A DNA stretch of 62,912 bases, filler included, from Octopus bimaculoides (lineage: Eukaryota), in assembly GCF_001194135.2 (NCBI RefSeq). It is 8 parts of 6 records of this genome, joined end to end, with 100 filler letters (N's around TTAATTAATTAA, not from the genome) between each part and the next. Parts side by side here need not be neighbours in the genome. Positions count along the whole stretch, not along the records: positions 1 to 14,207 come from NC_068991.1; 7 more parts are not named here. The stretch is one strand, 5' to 3'. Position 1 is the stretch's first letter. Every line of letters begins with the position of its first letter. The translations under genes and the position numbers were made by a program. This document shows positions 1-11,573 of this stretch, in pieces. Below the pieces are notes generated by a model. The model searched no databases. It was given only the letters and a program-made list of their open reading frames with translations, and was not told where the DNA came from.

Positions 1-34
1 GCTAACAGCAAAACTGAAGGCTAAACTGAAAAAG
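1..34 (+). CDS. CLSPN: Claspin, 3' end of an exon cut by the window start (LTAKLKAKLKK)
   Basis: Frame 2 is open up to a phase-0 donor AAG|GTATCT. Phase fits exon 871. The Lys-rich peptide lies where human Claspin has AAVKNKVKKHK, upstream of LHSETQR. Confidence 0.62.
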
Positions 35-74
35 GTATCTTTTTTTTTTAATTTTTTTTTTTTTTTAAACCCTA

Positions 75-287
75 TCATTATTCTTTTCTACTCTAGGCAC
101 AAGACCCGAAATTTTTTGGAGGGGGCCAGTCGATTAGATCGACCCCAGTATGCAACTGGTACTTAATTTATGGACCATGAAAGACAAAGTCAACCTCAGC
201 AGAATTTGAACTCAGAACGTAAAGACAGATGAAATACTGCTAAGCATTTTGCCCGGCATGCCAATGTTTCTGCCAACTCACTGCCTT
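75..287 (-). mobile_element. tRNA-derived SINE, family A (Nin/Deu-like central domain), CpG-decayed
   Basis: Reverse complement of the element at 17538 and 38921 (GGCGGCGAGCTGGCAG head, ...CTTTCATCCTTTCGGGGTCGATAAA core). Confidence 0.8.
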
Positions 288-870
288 TTTTTATCCTGTC
301 ATTATTGCTACTGATGTTGTTTTGGTTATATCTGTCATCTTTTGTCATTTAAAACAAATTTTGTTTGCATTTATATTAGTTGTTTTAGTGAAAGCTGGGT
401 CTTTGCGTTTTTCTTGGAAAATAACATCTATTAACACTTTGGAAACACTGCTGGAAACATCTATAACATTTTCTTGGAAAATAGCATCTATTAATTCCTC
501 CTTGAATAACTGCAAGTTAATGGTAGTATGGAAAATGTGGGCAGGGAAAGAATTCCAGAGATTAGTGTTCTGGAGATAAAGGGTTTGACATAGTGATTAA
601 TGGGTGGGGAGGGCTGGTCACTTTAGGTGATAATTAGAGGAGGAGGGTTGGGCAAGTTGGAGTGGCACAATATAAACCCGCTTCAATGACTCTATTTGGT
701 CTCTGATAAACTTAAAAGTCTTAAACATGTCAACTTAAGAATTCCTTCAATGTTTGCCTCTGTTCGTCAGTACTCCTTTTTGTTTTCTTTTAACCCCTTT
801 ACACCCTTTTCTGTATGTTGTTGCCCATATTACTATAAAACATTAACCAGTGCTTACTCGCATTTCACAG

Positions 871-967
871 GGTGCTACCAAACAGCCACGGAAAGAAAGA
901 GCCTCAAAGACTAAGGCAAAGAATGACCTACTTGAGCTTCATAGTGAGACACAGCGCCTCATTAGAG
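871..967 (+). CDS. CLSPN: Claspin exon (GATKQPRKERASKTKAKNDLLELHSETQRLIR)
   Basis: TTTCACAG acceptor and G|GTATGT donor (phase 0 to 1). LHSETQRLIRE matches the conserved Claspin N-terminal motif as recalled from human. Not in the ORF track. Confidence 0.92.
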
Positions 968-1649
968 GTATGTATTCTATTCGTCAATGGTGTTGTATGG
1001 TTGGGGGTGGATAACTGGGTGTTTTATGCTGATTGGTGTTCTTGTATGTATGAGGGGGAGGATGTGTTGCTGGATATATACATATTTTCTATTTTGGGGC
1101 TGGTTTGTGTGTGTCTGGTGTGTTTCAAGTGATTGTTTATCCTCAGCATGTTATGGTCAGAGTAAACCTATGTCAAAGTCATTTCTTATGTAACCACGCA
1201 ACAAAATAGTAAACTGAGGATCCACTAGTATTTTAAGGGCCCCCGAAAAAAAATTACTTTAGATGTATGTGTTGTTATGTATTGCAAGAAACAGTTTGGT
1301 TTCTTTCTCTAACATTTTACATAGTTCAACCTACACAAGTTAATGTGTGAAAAACAAAATAGGAATTTTGAAAGAAGTTTCTATAAAAATAGTTTTTAAA
1401 CATCAGATGGTTATGGGGGTCCAACAGAATAGAATAGTAATTGAAGGGGCCCCATAGGTAAAAAAAATGGTTGAGAACCCCTGTGGCAGGTTCACATAAA
1501 AAGCACTGAATTTGGCTGTATTTCTTTGTTGCTGTGTGTGTGTCTATGAAAGATGTTGCATCCATGAAAAAAACAGACACTGAATTGATGAGGGAATAAT
1601 TTAGATGCAGGCAAAAGTCGTAGGAATGTAGTTGAGAAGCATTATTTGA

Positions 1650-1995
1650 AACTGTGTGGTTTGAAGTTCACTCTCACTGCACGGCATCTTGGGCAAGTGT
1701 CTAGCTGTGGGTCAACCGAAGCCTAATGAATGAATTTAGTAGAAGGAAACTGTGTGGAAGATCATTGTGTGTATGTGTTTGTTCCCCACTCCTGTGCTTA
1801 ACAACAGTTGTTGGTTTAGTTATGTAGCAACAACTAAATGGTTAGACTAAAATGGAAAAAAAAAAAAAAAAAAAGGGACTCTTTGAATAAGTACTAGACT
1901 TCAAGTAAGAAATGGAGTTCATTTGTTCAACTAAACCTCTCTAAGTTGTGCCCCAGCATGGCCATAGTCCAATGACTGAAACAAGTAAAAGGATA
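1650..1995 (+). mobile_element. SINE family B, old degenerate copy
   Basis: CTTGGGCAAGTGTCT core and CAGCATGGCC...ATGACTGAAACAAGTAAAAG tail, shared with 32374 and 40414. Confidence 0.7.
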
Positions 1996-2289
1996 AAATA
2001 CACACACTTGTGGTTCTGATCCAATAATGCCAGAATGAAAATGGTTTTAACCATTTAAAGAATATAGACTAATACACACTCTCTGTCTTTCTGCTCCCTC
2101 CCCTCCCCCCTTCTCTCTCCCTTCTCTTCCCCTCTTCTTTTCTCTCCCCCTCCACCCTCCCTTTCTTGCTCCTTCCCTTTTCTCTTCCTCCCCTTCTCTT
2201 TCCCTCTCCCTTCTCTCTCCCTCCCCATCTCTCTCGTACATGTGACTCCACACAATACCTAAATTTTATACTGTTATATCCCATTTTAG

Positions 2290-2413
2290 AATCAAAAGTC
2301 AACCTTCCATACCATCAGCCAGTTTCAAAGTCCCTCAACGTCTTTCTGGATCGAGCTGCCCGCAAACAGCAACAATACCGGGCTTTGCTTTCGTGTGCAA
2401 CTAATGAGAAACT
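2290..2413 (+). CDS. CLSPN: Claspin exon (ESKVNLPYHQPVSKSLNVFLDRAARKQQQYRALLSCATNEKL)
   Basis: ATTTTAG acceptor and CT|GTAAGT donor (phase 1 to 2). Continues the motif as ES.xNLPYH.P (human ESALNLPYHMPENK). Confidence 0.92.
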
Positions 2414-2515
2414 GTAAGTAAACAACTATTAATGTCTCTACAAGATATTTGTCCCAGATATTTTTTATCTCTTATTTTTTTTGTTGAAATGCATAACTTC
2501 AAATAATGCATAAGT

Positions 2516-2680
2516 ACAGGCAGGGCTGTATGGTAAGTTTGCTTCCCAACCCCATGGTTTTGGGTTCAGTCCCACTGCATTGCACCTTGGGCAAGTGTAT
2601 TCTACTATATCCCTATTTGACCAAATCCTTATAAGTGGATTTGGTAGATGGAAACTGAGGAAGCCTATATCAGGTATACA
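2516..2680 (+). mobile_element. SINE family B, 5' half, CpG-decayed
   Basis: A/B-box-like head (GGCTGTATGGTAAG; GGGTTCAGTCCC) plus CACCTTGGGCAAGTG. Confidence 0.75.
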
Positions 2681-3322
2681 TGTGTATGTATATAATTTGC
2701 CAATGAGATCCAGAGATTCTCAGTATAGAAGACACTTAGTAGTGTTCAAATGATTCAAACTTAGACTCTGATGTCTTTATAAGGGATCAATTCCATGTGG
2801 TAAAGAATGGCTATAAGAGGAATCAAATTGAGCAAATAAAGATATATATTAAATATGGGTATGAAATACAAAATATGTATATATGTATGTATGCAAAACG
2901 AGAGAAAGTGGAGACTTTCAGGCGAATATTTAAGTATAAATATATTGATATTTATATATTAATATATCAGGCTTATACAAACAACAGAGAAAATTAAAGA
3001 GGAGGAAGTAAGATGTTGTAACGTTGGTAGATGTAGTGTAGGAATATATGTGTGTGTTTGTAATTTGTTCATCCTCCCCTACTGCATGACAACTGGTGTT
3101 TTGACATGTGTTAGATGTAAATGAACAACACCATCCTACAAGCAGTGTCATTCCACGGGGGAAATGTTGGCCATAGAAAATCTACTTCACAGCAAATTCC
3201 ATCTGACCCTTGTAAGCATGAGAAAATGAACTTTAAAACAATAATGTTGATGCTAATAATAGTGAAACTGATGCTAATTCTCTTGTTTTGTTAACTTTTT
3301 CTCTCTTATCTGTTTTTGACAG

Positions 3323-4372
3323 GAAAGTAAAGTTTGTCCAAGACACTATTGAGAATGACTCCGTTATGTTCAGATCTGTCTCCTATGCCGAAAACATCGA
3401 CTCGTTATTGAAAGAAACTGAATCAGTTGATGATGGCAATGAGGCCAGTGAACAGTCTAAGACAACAGATGGTAGTGTGTCTAGTCAGGGAGTTTCTTCC
3501 TTGTCTTGTACTGGCACCAAAGGCTTGGAACCTTCAGTAAACAAGAAACAGGGTGAAAAAGCTATAGATTGTGATGATGATGATGATGATGATGATGAAC
3601 TGGATGAGTTACCAGATCTTTTTGTCAGGGCCAAAAATCTTTTATCGAAAAATACAGAAGATGACTCTAACCACCTCCCTGATATTCCTGTTGATTCAGA
3701 AAATGTTTCATTTGACCATAGCCAGACATTGGTGGATAAGGTTGTTGAAGAAGAAGAAGAAAAAGTAGAATGTAATAACAACAATGGAGATGGTGTTGAT
3801 GACGGTAGTCAAAATAGTAATGTTAATAGAGAGCCGATTACATCAAGTAGTAAACCAATGGACAGTAGCACTAATAACAATTCTGGCTGGGTTGTTGACA
3901 GTAATGGTATAATGCAAACTGATGACCCTTTCATGGATGAATTGCTGTGTTCAGATCTTAACAGTCAGGCCCAGACAGCGTACACTCCATCACTTCAAAT
4001 ACAGACTCAAACGCCGCTTTCTGCTGAGCTAGTGGCAACAACACCACCACCACCACCACCACCACCAACAGCTGCAGCAGTTGTAACAACAAAAAGCCAG
4101 GCAACAGAATCATCATTAGATACAGAGATTGTTGCAAGTAGAGGAGAGACCAGCCAAAAGTCAATGAAAAAGTGCCTACCTTTAGAATTGCTTGGCTCTG
4201 ATGTTTGCAGCTTCACTCCAAAGTTGAGTGGTAGTTTGACCCAAGCTATCAGTTTGGATGGTGATGATGATGAAGTTGAAGAACCTCGTGGTAAAGATCT
4301 ACTCATGCAGAGATTATTAAAGTGCACCAATGTCAATAAGGGGCGGAAACACAACACAGAAGTTAATATCAG
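3323..4372 (+). CDS. CLSPN: Claspin large acidic, low-complexity exon (1050 nt)
   Basis: Lies inside the 362-aa ORF 3288-4376. TTTTTGACAG acceptor and AG|GTAAAT donor (phase 2 to 2). The C-terminal KDLLMQRLLKCTN...TEVNI aligns with human ELEALKQRFWKHAN...TVNVNV. Confidence 0.88.
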
Positions 4373-5660
4373 GTAAATTTTTTTTGTTTTTGTTGCTTAT
4401 TTTACTGATGTTGCTATTGTTGATGAGGTACCCTTGCTATTCTTACAACCACTACCACCCTCTTCGTTTTTATTATTCTGAGAGCTTTTCATTACATTTA
4501 ACTGGTACTCTGTCAGTTACGACATTGAGTATTTCAGTTGATCTGATCAACAGGATAGCCTGCTCTCATGAAATTAATGTGCAAGTTGCTTGGCACCCCA
4601 CAGGCACATGTACCTGTAACATAGTTCTCAGTAAAGTTTCAGCATGTCACAGAATCTAACAAAACTAGCCCTTTAAAATACAGGTATGTACTACACATTT
4701 TTGCTAGCTTAGACTTGGGCAATGTAGAATAACGTGTCTTGCTCAAAGACACAACATACTACAAGGTATTGAACTCACAAACTTACAATCATGAGCCAAA
4801 TGCTTTAACCCTTAAGCCATGTACCTTATTGTATTTACTGACATCACTACTACCTCTCATTCCTTCACTCACCAATAGGCTGTATATTCTCTCACCTTTT
4901 TCTGTTGTTGCTGTGTCTCCCTTTACACAATGCATATACTGAATACTTCTCAATCCTAGTCATAATATTCTACAACAGCTATAACAGAAATTTCTGTGGT
5001 TAGCCTTCTGGGCTCCTTGACAGCCTTCTCCAGTTTGCCCTAAACTCTTTATATCTGCTCACTAAGCCCTTTACTTTTGATTTCCTCCCCCATCATCTTT
5101 CACCATGTTTCTCTTTGTCTTCCTCTGCTTCCTTTTTCATTCATTTCCCTCATTCCTTTTACCCTGCCACATTCATTCCTTCCTCAGTACATGACCCATC
5201 CACTTCATGACTTATCCACCTCATCCCATTTCTCTTCACTAGATCTACCCCACTCTCCTCTGTGGTTCATTGTTTGTCTTTCTCTTTCTTTCTTTCAGCA
5301 ATACTCTTATCTACTGAATCTTTCTCCTTTTCATTCTCTTCAGTTTACTCATCATTCTTTACTCATGTGTCACATTAATCATAACCTTCCTCACACACGA
5401 AATACACCTTTCCCTCTAGTGTCAATGACACTTGCTTCCTTATTAGCACCCAATTTTGGAATTTTTGGAAACCTCTTGCAGGGTCATTTGTCATCTCCAT
5501 TCAATGTTTCTCTTAGTTAGCAAAATGTTTTCCGCACTTACCATCACGCCATTTCCATGATTCAACCCGACAACCTCTCCATCTGCAACTTCCTCTATAT
5601 ACACATAAATGTAGCTGCCCCAGTGGTACATGTGGCTGTTAATGTGTTAATTCAAAACAT

Positions 5661-6340
5661 GTGAAATCAAAATCGAACCGAATCCGACGACTGGCACCCA
5701 TGCCAACCTCTCCTTCATTGGACACTAAACTCTGCTTGCGAAGACCTGTTGGGGGCAAGTGAAATCGTAATTGAACCATACTCAATGACTGGTCACCGCG
5801 CCAGTGGAGCACTAACAGCACTGTCGAGTGTGTTCATTACCAGAGCAGCTGTCTGGCTTCCGTGATAGTGGCCTGTAAATAGCACCATTTGAGCGTAATC
5901 GTTACCAGCATCGCCTTCTAGCACTTGTGCTGGTGGCACGTTGGAAAATCATCCGAGCGAGGTCATTGCCAGTGCCGCTGGACTGGCTCCCATGCAGGTG
6001 GCACGTAAAAACACCTTTTTGAGCGTGGCCGTTGCCAGTACCACCTGACTGGCCTTCATGCCGGTGGCACGTAAAAGCACCCACTACACTCTCGGAGTGG
6101 TTGGCGTTAGGAAGGGCATCAAGCTGTAAAAACTCTGCCAGANNNNNNNNNNCCTTCATGCCGGTGGCACGTAAAAGCACCCACTACACTCTCGGAGTGG
6201 TTGGCGTTAGGAAGGGCATCAAGCTGTAAAAACTCTGCCAGATCAGATTGGAGCCTGGTGCAGCCTTCTGGCTTGCCAGTCCTCAGTCAAATCGTCCAAC
6301 CTATGCTAGCATGGAAAGCAGACGTTAAACGATGATGATG
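5661..6340 (+). mobile_element. Non-coding retroposon family C with internal GGTGGCACGTAAAA subrepeats and (GAT)n tail
   Basis: Homologous to 10735-11270. Ends GGAAAGCAGACGTTAAACGATGATGATG. Confidence 0.75.
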
Positions 6341-6423
6341 TGAATAAATAAGCCTTACAATTTAACAGAATAATCTGAAGGATTAAATGCGAAAGAGTTA
6401 ATCTTGCTTGATTTCTTTTACAG

Positions 6424-6539
6424 TATTGTTGAGAAAGAATGCGATGATAATCAGAAAGAAAATCTAAAGTTGACTACTGTTACATATCACATGGATTCTG
6501 AACTCAGTCAGCAAAATGAAATCCAGTTAAACAAACCTG
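6424..6539 (+). CDS. CLSPN: Claspin exon (SIVEKECDDNQKENLKLTTVTYHMDSELSQQNEIQLNKPG)
   Basis: TTTCTTTTACAG acceptor and G|GTATTT donor (phase 2 to 1), exactly bridging its neighbours. Aligns with human IVKDMGTDGKEELK...TKPG. Confidence 0.85.
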
Positions 6540-6715
6540 GTATTTGGTTTTATATATTTAAAAAAATTTTTTACATTCCCATCATTCACCTTAATTGTTT
6601 TTTCTTTAATTTCTATCTCTGTCTATCCCTCATAGAAATTTTAAAAAAGTTGCAGGATGTCATATGCAGTTACCAATAAATGACCATAATATGGTGTAGA
6701 GTTGTTAATCTGGTG

Positions 6716-6815
6716 CAGGGATTCCCAAAATGTGTTCTGCAAAACCCCTGGGGTTCCATATTTTTTTAAAATAATGTTGAAGGATACTGCGGCCAAAGAA
6801 GTTTCGGAACCACTG
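6716..6815 (+). mobile_element. Degenerate hAT-type MITE
   Basis: Imperfect TIRs CAGGGATTCCCAAA / TTTCGGAACCACTG. Flanks ATCTGGTG / ACCTAGTG match 6 of 8. Confidence 0.5.
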
Positions 6816-7525
6816 ACCTAGTGATTAACTAAATGTTTTTAGGTTTACCGAAATCATGCCTCTGTAGGGATTCATACAGTGGTGTTTGTTGTTGTTTGCC
6901 GATAGTGCTGTCTGTGAAATGCGTTTCTCACCATGCAAACAGACGAGCATATGATGCACGTGTTTGTTGTATTTGAAGATGAGGAAAATATAAAGGTTGC
7001 ATGGGAACCACTGATCTAGCGATTAATTAAATGTTTTTAGGCTTACCAGAGTCATGCCTTTGTATGAGTTCAGACAGTGGCATTTGTCAATAGTGCTGTC
7101 TGTGAAACCCCTTTTCTCACCATATAAATGAGTGTATCACACATGTGTTTATTGTGCTTGAAGATGTATGCAGGCTTGCAGCATACATTTTAGTAATGGT
7201 GATGTAGCACCATTCAACACTTGTGTAGTGCTCCCTATTGCATGGTTTTTACTTTAAGCACTGAGGATTCCATTACAAGCACCAAGTATTCCAACTATAG
7301 AGTAAGGTAGCCACACAATTTTGTAACAGTGTTATTTCCATGTACAGAATAATATGATACCTTGACCCACAAATATCCTGTTGTCCGTGAAATACTAGGC
7401 TCAACTTTTATACTGGGTCTATGGAAAATTCCCAGTTTTTAGGCCAAAAAGAGGGATTGACTTTTACATGAAATCGACTATCACTCGAGCATATGCGGTG
7501 CATGTATGTGTCTGTGTGTGTGTGC

Positions 7526-7567
<42 letters not shown>

Positions 7568-7876
7568 NNNNNNNNNNNNNNNNNNNNNNNNNNNNNNNNN
7601 NNNNNNNNNNNNNNNNNNNNNNNNNNNNNNNNNNNNNNNNNNNNNNNNNNNNNNNNNNNNNNNNNNNNNNNNNNNNNNNNNNNNNNNNNNNNNNNNNNNN
7701 NNNNNNNNNNNNNNNNNNNNNNNNNNNNNNNNNNNNNNNNNNNNNNNNNNNNNNNNNNNNNNNNNNNNNNNNNNNNNNNNNNNNNNNNNNNNNNNNNNNN
7801 NNNNNNNNNNNNNNNNNNNNNNNNNNNNNNNNNNNNNNNNNNNNNNNNNNNNNNNNNNNNNNNNNNNNNNNNNNNN

Positions 7877-7917
<41 letters not shown>

Positions 7918-8091
7918 ATATATATGATAGGATTGCTTCAATATTGAAGGGGTAGTCTGAAATATCTAAGCAACCAGAGGATAGTTAAATCCGAAGGCAC
8001 TCCTGGAGATTACTTGTGTGGGTACCGTCTTTGTTAGAAGCTATCCAGAGGCAGGTAATTTATCGTTTAAACCGCAGTTTATAATTATAAT

Positions 8092-8249
8092 TAAGTGGAG
8101 AATGGAGAAGCAAACGCAAGAAGAAGCATGTCAAGTGGGCTAGTTAGCCATTGATTTAATTATGTGGAGATTGTATAGTAATTAAGTCAATGGCTAACTA
8201 GCCCAATTGACATGCTTCTTCTTGTGTTTGTTTCTCCATTCTCCACTTA
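8092..8249. repeat. Fold-back inverted repeat (71-bp arms, 16-nt loop)
   Basis: 8092-8162 versus the reverse complement of 8179-8249 is 67/71 identical by hand alignment. TA at both outer ends. Confidence 0.95.
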
Positions 8250-8616
8250 TATATACACATACACACTAAATGTTGATATTCTGCTTGTCACTGTTTCAGT
8301 GATACATTGCTGATGTTTACATTCTTTGTCAACATCACAACCCTTTGCTTTACACTTTCAAAGAGATGTTTATATAAAAAAATCCCTTATTTGAAAAATG
8401 GTTAAGGGTTGCTGAAAGGAAGAGCATTCAGCCATAGAAGCCTACCTCAAAATCACTTCCCTTCTTAACCCTGCTAGATTGGAAAAATGTTCCTTAAACA
8501 AAGAAATGCATATATTTGATTATGGTAAGAACATGATGTAGGTTTTTATGGCAATTTGGGACTAAGAATTGAGGTACCTGTTATGCATGGGTTTCTACAG
8601 AATTTATTTATTGCAG

Positions 8617-8882
8617 GTTCCAAACTGATGGCTCTCAAGAACCACCTGGCAAAGCAGATTTGGATAAAACGGGGAGAAAATAGAAAGAAGCGCTGTGATC
8701 TGTATAAGTTAGATAATGAAGAGGTTTATGATAACCTGAAAGACGATGAGGATGAAGCTGAACTGACAGATGGTTCTGATTCTGTAGACTCTGAAACTGA
8801 AGACAAAGAAGAGGAAGAAGGGGATGAAGAATATGATGAAGAAGAAGAAGAAATGCTAAGTTACAAAGAAAAGCGGAAACCA
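8617..8882 (+). CDS. CLSPN: Claspin exon (SKLMALKNHLAKQIWIKRGENRKKRCDLYKLDNEE + acidic tract)
   Basis: TTATTGCAG acceptor (phase 1). Matches human [35 protein letters not shown]. The 3' boundary (CCA|GTGTGT) is only the best of several weak GTs. Confidence 0.87.
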
Positions 8883-9695
8883 GTGTGTACAAATTCTTTT
8901 CCTTTTTTTTCTTTTTCTGCTCTTTTTGTTCCCTGTTATCCTTGGTTGAGCAGACCTAAGGTCAAAGGTGTTTCACTTGCACCAATCACTACCTTGTACA
9001 TATGCCTTGGACTGCATTGTATCTAATGCATCATGCTCCACTTGTAGTGGGGAATGATTTTGATGGAGATTTGGCTGCTATTTCTAGCTGGTTGAGCAAT
9101 AACTTAGAGGGTCTTCCTTTTAGGAAAGAAGTTAAAACAAGTGAATTCACATGACCTTGTGGTTAGTGTCTTGGAATTGTGATCAAGGGGCCATTGGTTC
9201 AATTCCTTGACTTAGCAGAGCATTGCGTCCTTGAGCAAGGCACATTATTTCAAGAGGTTCTAGTCTGCTCCACTGAAATGCATGCAAGCCAAGTTCTAGT
9301 GCATCTCTCTTTCTCTCCAGCTGCCATATTGAGGATCAAGATGGTACCTATGATGGCTCATAACTATATAGACCCTGGAAACTTAACAAGTCACAATTGC
9401 AAGTAATATCTGTATGTTTTTATAGGACCATCAATTTCTTTGGAAATTGAATACAGCTATCTCTTATTATTGTCATTTTAATGTCAACTTTTCCATGCTT
9501 GCATGTGTTGGATGGAATTTGCTGAAGGATATTTTTTTACAACTGTGTGCCTTTCCTGTTGCCGAACCGCCCCTATTTCAAAGTAAGCTAATATTTCCCC
9601 ATGACCAGACAATTTTTCATGCAAGATTGGAAATGGACACTGCCTGCATGATGGTGATATTTGTTTACAACTATCACTTGATGTTGTGGCAAGGA

Positions 9696-9740
<45 letters not shown>

Positions 9741-9834
9741 GGCTTCTTTCAATTTCCATCTACCAAATCCATTCTCAAGGCTTTGGTCAGAAATATTGAA
9801 TTCTTGAAAATCTTGCTGTAGTGTGGAGTTCATC

Positions 9835-10050
9835 ATCATCATTTAATGTCCATTGTCTATGCTGGCATGGGTTGGACAGTTTGACCAGACTTGGTTAGCT
9901 GGAGAGCTGCACCAGACTCCAGTCTGATTTGGCAGGGTTTTCTACAGCTGGATGCCTTTCCTAACACCAACCACTTTACAGAGTGTGGTGTGCGCTTTTA
10001 TGCGGTGCTGCATGGGCACGTTTATGTGGCACCATATGGGTGCTTTTACA
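9835..10050 (-). mobile_element. Family C 3' fragment, antisense
   Basis: (CAT)n followed by the reverse complement of the family C 3' end (GCATGGGTTGGAC...CTACAGCTGGATGCCTTTCCTAAC). Confidence 0.75.
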
Positions 10051-10471
10051 CGGCATATTTTCCCGTTGATTCTATGTTCGTTGACTTCCATGAGCAAGAT
10101 ACTTTATTTCACATAGCTCCAGTCCCTTCAGCTGGCAAAAATCAGTAGTATTTGAATTTCAAAGGGTCAACTTTGTCACATTCTGTGTCATGCTGAATCT
10201 CCCTGAGAACTACATTAAAGGTATGTGCATCTGTGGAGTACTCAGCCAGTTGCAGATTAATTTTATGAGCAGGCTTTCTGTTGATCAAATCAACTGGAAC
10301 CCCTGTAACCATAGGAATACTAGCTTAGGTACATTTTTGAATTTGGAATGCCTTGGTGGATGGTGTTTCCTTCTAAAGCCCTGGATTGATCATAGCCTTG
10401 TGAGTAAATCTGCTAGAGTAAACTGAAAGAAGCTCATCAAATACATATGTATGTGTTTCTGTGTATGTTTA

Positions 10472-10636
10472 TGTTGTGTCGACGCCCCCAAGCGAAGAAG
10501 TAGGATCGCCCAAGACATATAAATAGAGGTAGTCTAGCTGTGGTAGAGAAGTTGAGTAGCTCTTGAGCAGCAGTCGGTTAGCGGTTGAGTAGAGATCATC
10601 CGAAGGTGCTAGATAGCAGTAGCTTGAGACATAACA
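10472..10636 (+). mobile_element. 165-bp solo LTR
   Basis: TGTTGTGTC...GACATAACA termini, perfect 5-bp TSD GTTTA, internal TATAAATA. Second copy at 34098. Confidence 0.8.
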
Positions 10637-10734
10637 GTTTACATTTGTGATTTATGAAAGTTGGTTAGTTTGAGCAGTATTATTCTTATTTATCTTGTCA
10701 ACAAATCATTCAGTTGCTTTGCACCTCCAGATAC

Positions 10735-11270
10735 CTTTCATTCATTGGACACTAAACTCCGCTTGCGAAGACTTTTTGAGGCAAGTGAAATTAAAATTGA
10801 AATCGAACTAAATTCGATGACTGGCACCCATGCCAACGTCATCTCCTTCATTGGACACAAAACTCAGTTTGTGAAGACTTATTGGGGGCAAGCGAAAGTG
10901 AAATCCGGATGGCACCTGTTCCCAGCGTCACCTTTCTGGCACTTGTGCCCGTGACAGACATGTGTAAGGATTTTCTAGCGAGATCGTTGCCAGTGACCCT
11001 GGACTGGCTCTTGTACGGGTGGCACATAAAATACAGCATTTTGAGCATGGCCGTTGCCAGTACCGCCTGACTGGCCTTCGTGCGGGTGATACGTAAAAGC
11101 ACCCACTACACTCTCTGAGTGGTTGTCGTTAGGAAGGGCATCCAGCTGTAGAAACTCTGCCAAATCAGATTGGAGCCTGGTGTAGCCATCTGGTTTCACC
11201 AGTCCTCAGTCAAATCGTCCAACCCATGCTAGCATGGAAAGCAGGCGTTAAATGATGATGATGATGATGA
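10735..11270 (+). mobile_element. Family C retroposon copy with (GAT)n tail
   Basis: Collinear homology to 5661-6340. Confidence 0.78.
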
Positions 11271-11300
11271 GATATGAAATAAGATGNNNNNNNNNNNNNN

Positions 11301-11450
11301 ATGAAGGAGAAGATGAAGATGAGAATGATGATGACGATGAAGAAGGTGACAGGGAGCAGTTTGAAAAAGAACCGAAAACCAAAGACGATAATGATAGTGC
11401 TGATGAAAGTTTTGACTTCAATCTTGATCAGTCTGATGAGGATTCTGATG
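11301..11450 (+). CDS. CLSPN: Claspin acidic exon, 5' end hidden in a gap
   Basis: Open acidic frame EGEDEDENDDDDEE...QSDEDSD ending at G|GTCAGT (phase 1). The acceptor falls in the N run 11287-11300. Confidence 0.7.
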
Positions 11451-11573
11451 GTCAGTTTATTTTTTTCCTTTTTTTTTTTTTGCACTGCCTTTTTCTTTTA
11501 ATATTTTTAATATATTGCATTAACTCCCATATGCCTCTTATTTGTTGTTTAGTTCCAGATCATTCATCTAGAA

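Noticed and set aside
3485-4357. Antisense ORFs overlapping the large Claspin exon
   Set aside because: Shadow frames of a low-complexity coding exon.
6053-6242. Exact 90-bp direct repeat around a 10-N gap
   Set aside because: Identical sequence on both sides of a tiny gap is typical of unmerged contig overlap.
7408-7955. Long ORFs over N gaps and microsatellites (also ~16000-16700, 20004-21154, 31085-31739, 47700-50574)
   Set aside because: Artefacts of stop-free simple repeats and N runs.
11432-11438. CTGATGA motifs in Claspin exons (also ~3920, 11399, 13948)
   Set aside because: These are Asp/Glu codon runs with no hammerhead stems.
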